Source: Nemertoderma westbladi (Eukaryota > Animalia > Xenacoelomorpha). From it: a DNA stretch of 64,000 nucleotides. Shown one piece after another: positions 55,421 through 64,000 of the stretch. The DNA is taken from NCBI GenBank assembly GCA_032718475.1, contig JAUCBJ010000742.1:64123-128122 (forward strand), in the 5' to 3' direction. The notes beneath the pieces are model-generated. The model worked only from the letters and a program-made list of their open reading frames with translations. It was not told where the DNA came from and searched no databases. Each line of letters opens with the position of its first letter. Positions within the stretch are counted from its first letter, which is position 1. Position numbers and translations under genes: made by a program.

Positions 55421-58080
55421 CTCACTGTATTCCCTTTACTTTATGTCCCGCACTTTATTCCTTTTACTTTATGTCTCGCTCTGTATTTCTTTACTTTATA
55501 TCCCGCACTGTATTCCCTTTACTTTATGTCCCGCTCTGTATTTATTGACTTTATATCCCGCAATGTATTCCCTCTACTTTATACCCTCACTGTATTCCCT
55601 TTACTATATTTCCCGCCCTGTATTTCTTTACTTTATGTCCCGCACTGTATTTCTTTACTTTATGTCCCGCACTGTATTTCTTTTACTTTATGTCCCGCAA
55701 TGTATTCCCTTTGCTTTATGTCCCGCAATGTATTCCCTCTACATTATACCCTCACTGTATTCCCTTTACTATATTTCCCGCGCTGTATTTCTTTACTTTA
55801 TGTCCCGCAATGTATTCCCTTTACTTTATGTTCCGCAATGTATTCCATTTTCTTTATGTTCCGCCTTGTATTTCTTTACTATATGTCCCGCCCTGTATTT
55901 CTTTACTATATGTCCCGCCTTGTATTTCTTTACTTTATGTCCCGCCATGTATTTCTTTAGTTTATGTCCTGCACTGTATTCCCTTTACTTTATGTCCCGC
56001 ACTGTATTCCCTTTACTTTATGTTCCGCCTTGTATTTCTTTACTATATGTCCCGCACTGTATGCCCTTTACTTTATGTCCCGCACTGTATTCCCTTTACT
56101 TTATGTTCCGCCTTGTATTTCTTTACTATATGTCCCGCACTGTATGCCCTTTACTTTATGTCCCGCACTGTATTCCCTTTACTTTATGTCCCGCACTGTA
56201 TTCCCTTTACTTTATGTTCCGCCTTGTATTTCTTTACTATATGTCCCGCACTGTATGCCCTTTACTTTATGTCCCGCACTGTATTCCCTTTACTTTATGT
56301 CCCGCACTGTATTCCCTTTACTTTATGTTCCGCCTTGTATTTCTTTACTATATGTCCCGCCTTGTATTTCTTTACTTTATGTCCCGCCATGTATTTCTTT
56401 AGTTTATGTCCTGCACTGTATTCCCTTTACTTTATGTCCCGCACTGTATTCCCTTTACTTTATGTTCCGCCTTGTATTTCTTTACTATATGTCCCACCCT
56501 GTATTTCTTTACGAAATATATTTCCCGCCCTGTATTTCTTTACTTTATGTCCCGCACTTTATTCCCTTTACTTTATTTCCCGCACTGTATTCCCTTTACT
56601 TTATGTCCCGCACTGTATTTCTTTTCTTTATAACCCGCAATGTATTCCCTTTACCTTATGTCCCGCACTGTATTCCCTTTACTTTATGTCCTGCAATGTA
56701 TTTCTTTACTTTATGTACCGCACTGTATTTCTTTACTATATGTCCCGCCCTGTATTTCTTTACTATATTTCCCGCCCTGTATTTCTTTACTTTATGTCCC
56801 GCACTGTATTCCCTTTACTTTATGTCCCGCAATGTATTTCTTTACTTTATGTACCTCTCAGCATATATTTTTACTACAATATGTCCCGCCCTGTATTTCT
56901 TTACTATATTTCCCGCCCTATATTTCTTTACTTTATGTCCCGCACTGTATACCCTTTACTTTATGTCCCGCACTGTATTCCCTTTACTATATGTCCCGCC
57001 CAGTATTCCCTTTACTTTATGTCCCGCTCTGTATTTCTTTATTTTATGTCCCGCATTGTATTCTCTTTACTTTATGTCCTGCACTGTATTCCCTTTACTT
57101 TATGTCCCGCACTGTATTCCCTTTACTTTATGTCCCGCACTGTATTCCCTTTACTTTATGTCCCGCAATGTATTTCTTTACTTTATGTACCTCTCAGTAT
57201 ATATTTTTACTACAATATGTCCCGCCCTGTATTTCTTTACTTTATGTCCCGCACTGTATTCCCTTTACTTTATGTTCCGCCTTGTATTTCTTTACTATAT
57301 GTCCCACCCTGTATTTCTTTACGAAATATATTTCCCGCCCTGTATTTCTTTACTTTATGTCCCGCACTTTATTCCCTTTACTTTATTTCCCGCACTGTAT
57401 TCCCTTTACTTTATGTCCCGCACTGTATTTCTTTTCTTTATAACCCGCAATGTATTCCCTTTACCTTATGTCCCGCACTGTATTCCCTTTACTTTATGTC
57501 CTGCAATGTATTTCTTTACTTTATGTACCGCACTGTATTTCTTTACTATATGTCCCGCCCTGTATTTCTTTACTATATTTCCCGCCCTGTATTTCTTTAC
57601 TTTATGTCCCGCACTGTATTCCCTTTACTTTATGTCCCGCAATGTATTTCTTTACTTTATGTACCTCTCAGCATATATTTTTACTACAATATGTCCCGCC
57701 CTGTATTTCTTTACTATATTTCCCGCCCTATATTTCTTTACTTTATGTCCCGCACTGTATACCCTTTACTTTATGTCCCGCACTGTATTCCCTTTACTAT
57801 ATGTCCCGCCCAGTATTCCCTTTACTTTATGTCCCGCTCTGTATTTCTTTATTTTATGTCCCGCATTGTATTCTCTTTACTTTATGTCCTGCACTGTATT
57901 CCCTTTACTTTATGTCCCGCACTGTATTCCCTTTACTTTATGTCCCGCACTGTATTCCCTTTACTTTATGTCCCGCAATGTATTTCTTTACTTTATGTAC
58001 CTCTCAGTATATATTTTTACTACAATATGTCCCGCCCTGTATTTCTTTACTTTATGTCCCGCACTGTATTCCCTTTACTT
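55421..58080 (+). repeat. 27/28-bp minisatellite, main part (about 95 units), with an internal 810-bp tandem duplication
   Basis: Same units as 54320-54717. Identical ORFs start at 56640 and 57450, and rare units (ACGAAATATATTTCCC, GTACCTCTCAGCATAT) recur 810 bp apart. Confidence 0.95.
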
Positions 58081-60918
58081 CCGTCAGCGGTGTCATGGGT
58101 GATTTTAACTTTCATGTTGATGTCTGCGATAACAAGGATGCCGCCGAGTTTCTTGACATTTTAAATTGCTTTGGATTGGTACAGTTAGTAAATCAACCAA
58201 CCCACATAAAGGGCCATACACTAGATCTGGTGCTAGTACACACTGACGACCAGAATATCGTTTGCAACGTTTTTGTACGAAATATACGTTTATCCGACCA
58301 CTTTGCAGTCTACTTTAACTTGAATTTCACTAAACCAGCCGATATATCACAGACAATAAGTTACCGAAATATAAGTAAAATAAACGGTAATCTGTTTTTG
58401 GAGGATTTAAAACATTCACCAGTATGCGACTCTCCTTCTGGTGATATTAATGGAGTTATTAAAATGTATAATGATAACCTAATGAACATACTCGATAAAC
58501 ACGCCCCATTACAAACAAAAACTGTTTCCATGAGGCCGAAGGCAAATTGGTACACTGATGAGATTAACGACGCAAAAAGAAAACGCAGAAGATTGGAGCG
58601 CCGATATCGAAAGACGAATAGCTGTGCTGATTGTATCGCCTATCGCCTACAGTGCACGGTGGTTGCCAATACCATAGCGTCAGCAAAAGAGACATATTAT
58701 AGTAACATTATAAAGAATAATGCAGGTGATCAACGAAAACTATTTTCAGTGGCTGCCAAAATACTTCATCGTAAAAACAAAAGTACATTGCCTTCACACG
58801 AGGATGATGAAAAGTTGGCGAACAGGTTTATGGAATTCTTTGACAAGAAAATAAAGGATATTAGATATGACTTATTATCTGGAAATGGCGGTTCTACTTC
58901 ACGGGGCGTTGATGATCTGGGGGCTCCTACGGAGGGCGCTATCAAACTGGGTGTTCCTACGGGGGGCGCTACTGAATTGGGCATTCCTACGGTGGGTGAT
59001 ACTGGACTGGGCTCCTACAGGGGAATCATCCGACCAGGGCGTTCCTACGGGGGGAGCATCTGACCTGGGCATTCCTACAGGGGGTGCTGCTGGACTGGGT
59101 GTTTCTACGGGGGGTGCAACTGGACTGGGCGTTCCTACGGGGGGCTCATCTGAACTGGGCATTCCTATTGGGGGACCATCTGACCTGGGCATTCTTACGG
59201 GTGAAGCATCGGATCTGGGTGTTCCTACAGGGGGCGCTAGTGAACTGGGCGTTCCTATGGGGGGCGCAACCAACCTGGGCATTCCTACGGGGGGTGTTAC
59301 TGGACTGGGCGCTCCTATGGGGGGGGGGGGGGGCTACTGAACTGGGCATTCATACGGGGGCCGCTACGGGACTGGGCATTCCTACGGGGTGCGCAACTAA
59401 CCTAGGCATTCCTACGGGGGGCGCTACGGGACTGGGCGTTCCTACGGGTATGGGGGGCGCAACCAACGGTAAAGGAAACAATATTCCCAAATTGGAACAC
59501 TTTAATAAAATAACAATGGATGAGGCAGAAAAGCTAATAAAGAACTCAAAATCTAAATCTAGTACCATGGATCCGATTCCCACGCAATTAGTAAAACATT
59601 CAATAAAATTGTTGCTACCAGTGATTATGTTAATTATTAATTTATCAATTACAACTGCTACTGTGCCGACTCTATTCAAGGAAGCTGTGTTAACACCAGT
59701 CATAAAGAAAGCACGATTAAACCCTGAGATACTTAGGAACTTTAGGCCGGTGTCTAATCTGATATATTTAGCAAAGTTAACAGAAAGGGTGATTGCAAAC
59801 CAGCTGATGACTCATATGAACATAAATAAATTGTATGAACCTTTACAGAGCGCGTACAGACCCTTACACGGAACGGAGACCGCGTTGCTTAAGGTAAGCG
59901 ACGACATATTACGCGAAATCGATTCGGGATCGGGAGTACTTCTCGTCTTATTAGACCTTAGTGCTGCCTTCGACACGGTCGACCACGTTAAACTGTTGGA
60001 CACTCTAGATCGAGAAATGGGGGTTGAGGGAATCGCCCTGGAATGGTTCAGATCGTACTTGTCGAATAGGTCACAACAGGTTCGCATTAATGCAAAATAT
60101 TCGAACCGGTTGGATTTGCTGTACGGGCTGCCACAAGGATCGGTACTTGGGCCTATATTATTTTCGATATACACTCGTTCGCTTTCAAATGTTATTCGCA
60201 ACCACGGCCTCTCGTATCATTTGTACGCGGACGATACACAGCTATACATTAGTTTTAAACCTATTAATTCGTCCGTCGCTGTTGAGGTGACTGAACGTTG
60301 CGTGGCCGATGTAAAGAAGTGGATGGAAGATAATTTATTGAAAATGAACTCAGATAAAACGGAGATTATCCTTCTGCAGTCCCGTTTCGGTAAACAACTA
60401 ACGCCCCCTAACATACAAATAGGGGATGACCTGATCAGCTGCAGCGACAAGGCACGTAATATAGGTTTCATCGTGGATTCAAATCTGACATACAGCAATC
60501 AAATAAGTACAACGGTCCGAGATGCATTTCTTCATCTTCGAAGTTTGGCTAAAATTAAACGGTACCTCAGCAGACATGACCTTGAAATCTTAATTCACGC
60601 CTTTGTCACAAACAAACTCGACAGCAACAACTCATTATATTATGGATTACCCTCGAAGTCAATCAAAAAATTACAATATGTACAGAATTCCGCAGCGCGA
60701 CTGCTAGAGGGCGTTAAGAAACAAGAGCACATCACTCCAGTGCCAGTCCTTAAACGTTTGCATTGGTTACCTGTAAATTTACGGATCAAATTTAAAATAG
60801 CTTTGTTGACATTCAAGTGTTTACATGGTGCTGCTCCTGCCTACTTGACCCATTTAATAACTCCCTATGTACCTCCACGACAATTACGGTCTGCTGATAA
60901 GGGACTTCTATTTGTACC
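58081..60918 (+). mobile_element. L2/CR1-group LINE ORF2 (partial AP endonuclease plus reverse transcriptase), truncated at both ends, two frameshifts
   Basis: Endonuclease motifs GDFNFH, PTHIKGHTLDLV, LSDH; linker KHAP...WYT. RT motifs DPIPT, NFRPVSNL, QSAYRPLHGTETAL, LLDLSAAFDTVDH, GLPQGSVLGPILF, YADDTQLY. L2-type tail KLQYVQNSAARL...HITPV..L..LHWLPV..RIKFK. Frameshifts at ~59012 and in the poly-G at ~59320-59333. Confidence 0.93.
58914..59467 (+). repeat. 30-bp tandem repeat (about 18 copies, GLGVPTGGAT-like) inside the LINE ORF2 linker
   Basis: Unit GGACTGGGCGTTCCTACGGGGGGCGCTACT with many codon-level variants. Confidence 0.92.
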
Positions 60919-62400
60919 TGTAAAAGCTTTTGTGGGATAACTGATACGTTTGCCTTTGCTGGCCAGTTCCCCCCCAGTCGCTAGAATACTCTCAAAGGGA
61001 TTTATAACTAAAATAGTGCAAGCTACCAGCTTATTGGCTGATGTGCTGTACGGAGATATCTGGGCTCAGTTTAATCGGCCAACTAGCTTAGAGAGGTTGC
61101 CTTAGCCTTGCTGTTCGTGTCGGCCAATAGAATTTGCGTAGGCGTTGATTTCGACCTATCCCAGCGTTACTGAACTGAATTTCCTATCTCTATGCTCATC
61201 CTCTGTGTTGAACGGGGCTTCGTGGAATAAGAGTTTTTGGTATACTCGTATAGTGGTAGTAGTCATATGATTTTATATGATTCTGTTGTTGTGTTCCCAT
61301 TTTCGCCATAACACCGGCTTTTGGGAAGAACTCTAGTAAACTGCTTAAATTATCGAAAGTATAAACTGTTACCGAACGAACTCACTAACTCACTCAATTT
61401 AACTGCATTAATCATATTGTTTGTACTGTTATTTACCGTCAGTTATTAATTGTACCTATTTGTTGATGGAAATATTGCTCTTTGGATAATACGGATAAAT
61501 CACCCAAATTTCCCAATTTTCTTGATACACTACAGGTTAGAGAGACCGGCTATACATAACAATTGCGATTTATATTAATGTGGTGTGTATTGAATCTAAT
61601 GTTATTTAGCAGACCCTACATGAGTCAATTGCTGCTCTCTTTATGTGTGATCAAATTTACTGACGGTCGGCAGAATAGTGTGCATGATTGTGATTGGTAA
61701 CAAAGTATTTCCTAAAGAATGCGCTTTATACTTTAATCATAAGCAGTATCGTTGCGTTTAGTATAAGTCCTAGTTCTGTTTAAATAGATAGAGCGCCACG
61801 TCCTAAAGGAACTGTTAATATTTCCCGAAAGCCAATAATATTTGTCAGAAATTAATTATTAACGATCTATCGAATAATACAGTAAGTTTACGCTGCAACC
61901 TTACACTGCAATAATAAAATTTAAGCATCCGAATTCAGCCTCCCGGGTGTAGATCCATCGGGTGAATGATCGCGCATGGGCTGACTTCGGCTAATGTTTT
62001 GTGTATTAGCATAAATTGTTGTCGTATGCTAAAGGTGTTTTAATTAACTAAAAGACATATAAATTTTGGCAGGTTAAACTGCTAAAGGTCTTCAAAAGCG
62101 CGAACAGTAACAGTTTATAATCTTATTGCAGTAGGCAATAAGGTTGCAAAATACCGTAGTGACTGGTAAAACTGAACCGGTACTTCTGTAGGTCAGTAGG
62201 CCTAACTGTCATCACCGGTACCGGTACTGCTGTATAAGTACATTAGTATTATTCGATCTTGATTATTGTATACCGGTAGGTCTCGATATTAAATCGGGGA
62301 CGCCTGGTTTTTATTGGGATTTTACTTAGGTCTATTTCTGTCAGTTTTATTTCCTAGTAAGTTAATATTGAGCAGAAGGCGTGTGACCCTGCTCAGATTG

Positions 62401-62980
62401 CTCAGATAATTGTAGGCTGAGCTGCTGTCTGACTGTGTTGAGTTTAGAGAGATTACGGCGTGTGTAGAGTTTGTCTGATCAAGTGCCGTTAGTAAGTTGG
62501 GGCAGCCATATGCGGTAAGGTCAATCCCCTCTTAAAGAATAAGTCGTACTACCGTGTTAGAACGCATACTAACTAACTGTTTCAGAATCTGCATATACTG
62601 TAGTTTATTTAGGCTTGATCGTAGTCTGCCAGTGTTTTAGCCTGTGTTTGTTTGTGTGGTCTGTTCAGGTACCGTAATAGTTATTACTCAGATATTTTGT
62701 AGGCTGGATTGTTGTCTAGCTATTCTTAGGCCTGAAGGGATTGCTGCGTGTGTAGAGTTGGTCTGATAAAGTGCCGTTAGTAAGTTGGGGCAGCCATATG
62801 CGGTAAGGTCAATCCCCTCTTAAAGAATAAGTCGTACTACCGTGTTAGAACGCATACTAACTAACAGTTTCAGAATCTGCACATACTGTAGTTTGTTTAG
62901 GCTTGATAATGGTCTGCCAGCGTTTAGTTTGTATTTTGTTTTGAGTATTCTGTACGGGTAGCGTAATATTTATTATTCAG
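62401..62980. repeat. Two-copy 288-bp tandem duplication
   Basis: AGTGCCGTTAGTAAGTTGGGGCAGCCATATGCGGTAAGGTCAATCCCCTCTTAAAGAATAAGTCGTACTACCGTGTTAGAACGCATACTAACTAAC occurs at ~62482 and ~62770. The flanks are more diverged. Confidence 0.9.
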
Positions 62981-64000
62981 AGTTTATGCGATTATTCGCA
63001 ACATTCATGTCCCCAAGTTTATTCCTACAGTAATTGTGCTTGTTATACATACCGTTATAGTTAAATTAACTCCGGTACTACATCAGGGCTGCTCGGCGTA
63101 GGTAAAGACTGGAGATTTTGTGCTTCGGTCACTCCAGCAGATGCCGTGGTTCTTTTAACTGTTCAAGTATATTTAACTACTGATTATTTGTTATACCGGT
63201 ACTTGTACCTAATTTAGGGTTTAGTGTACAGTGCTTTCCGAAGTAATTAGTGTAGGCAGTATATTTGTGTTGTAAAGTGGTTGATAGGCACATTCGTTAG
63301 CTCTATTAGCTTCTGGGTAGGAACAATCCGTGATACATAACGTAGTACCTATAGCGATACGGTTATAGGTCGTCAGGCGGTGGTATTTTCCTATCTGGAC
63401 AGTACAATATATTTACTACTACTTATTATTTCAAATACCGTAGTACCCTGTCCGTTGTAATAACCAGAATTCTAACCCTTTGTTAGGCTGGTTTGTAGAC
63501 TTCCTGTAAAATTACCCTAAAAATTTCGTACGTAATATTTTGTTGTGTTTAATTAGAGAATTAATCTCACCCATATCGTAAGTAATTTGTAGTATTAAGT
63601 AACTTAGGTAAATTAGAATTATCAGTTTTAGTGTCAAATAAATAGCACTTCACTGAGAGGCGTTCGACTTCTGTGTAGTGACTCCCCCAGAAATAATAAC
63701 ATTTATTTCAAATATTGACAAAAACCCATTTAAACGGGTATATAAATATTATAAATCAACTCAAACGATTTATAAATAGTAGGCCTGCCATACAACAACT
63801 AGGTCTCAATATCAGTTGGACTACTGCTTAAATAACGGTAATAAAGTAAGTTAAAGTAACCAAGTAACCCTAAAATATTCAGAAATTCAATTATTCTAAA
63901 ATAATTGATAATTGACATACCGGTGTTTACCATAGGCTTATTATATTTATCTCTATAAATTTGAGCTGAAATCATACCGGTACTCTGTAATTAATTCTAG

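Noticed and set aside
55385-58164. Long hydrophobic ORFs (up to 824 aa) and apparent in-frame fusion to LINE ORF2
   Set aside because: The pyrimidine-rich 27/28-bp repeat rarely contains stops in any frame, so these ORFs and the fusion are incidental.

Overview
Eukaryotic (probably invertebrate animal) genomic DNA, not prokaryotic. Bases 1-48454 are one uninterrupted array of a 31/32-bp unit (consensus GTGAGATATTGGTAAACTACAACCCAGGACAG, roughly 1,500 copies) with variant domains and a ~15.4-kb higher-order duplication. About 330 bp after the array lies a 153-bp, phase 0-0 coding exon (48787-48939, +) resembling the pre-IQ/first-IQ region of CAMTA (calmodulin-binding transcription activator), so the window is probably intronic CAMTA sequence. 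Nearly every satellite unit carries a sense-strand 5' splice-site motif (CAG|GTGAGA), and the array's right end suggests it grew from the upstream exon/intron junction. Downstream are: an 891-bp foldback MITE with TA TSD; a 3.7-kb TIR element with CTA TSD that holds 42-bp minisatellites and a decayed ORF ending in acidic FxGF motifs; a 27/28-bp minisatellite interrupted by a minus-strand LINE fragment; a truncated L2/CR1-type LINE ORF2 with a 30-bp coding repeat in its EN-RT linker; and a 288-bp tandem duplication. Almost all ORFs in the supplied track are by-products of repeats. Family assignments come from recalled motifs; no searches were run.
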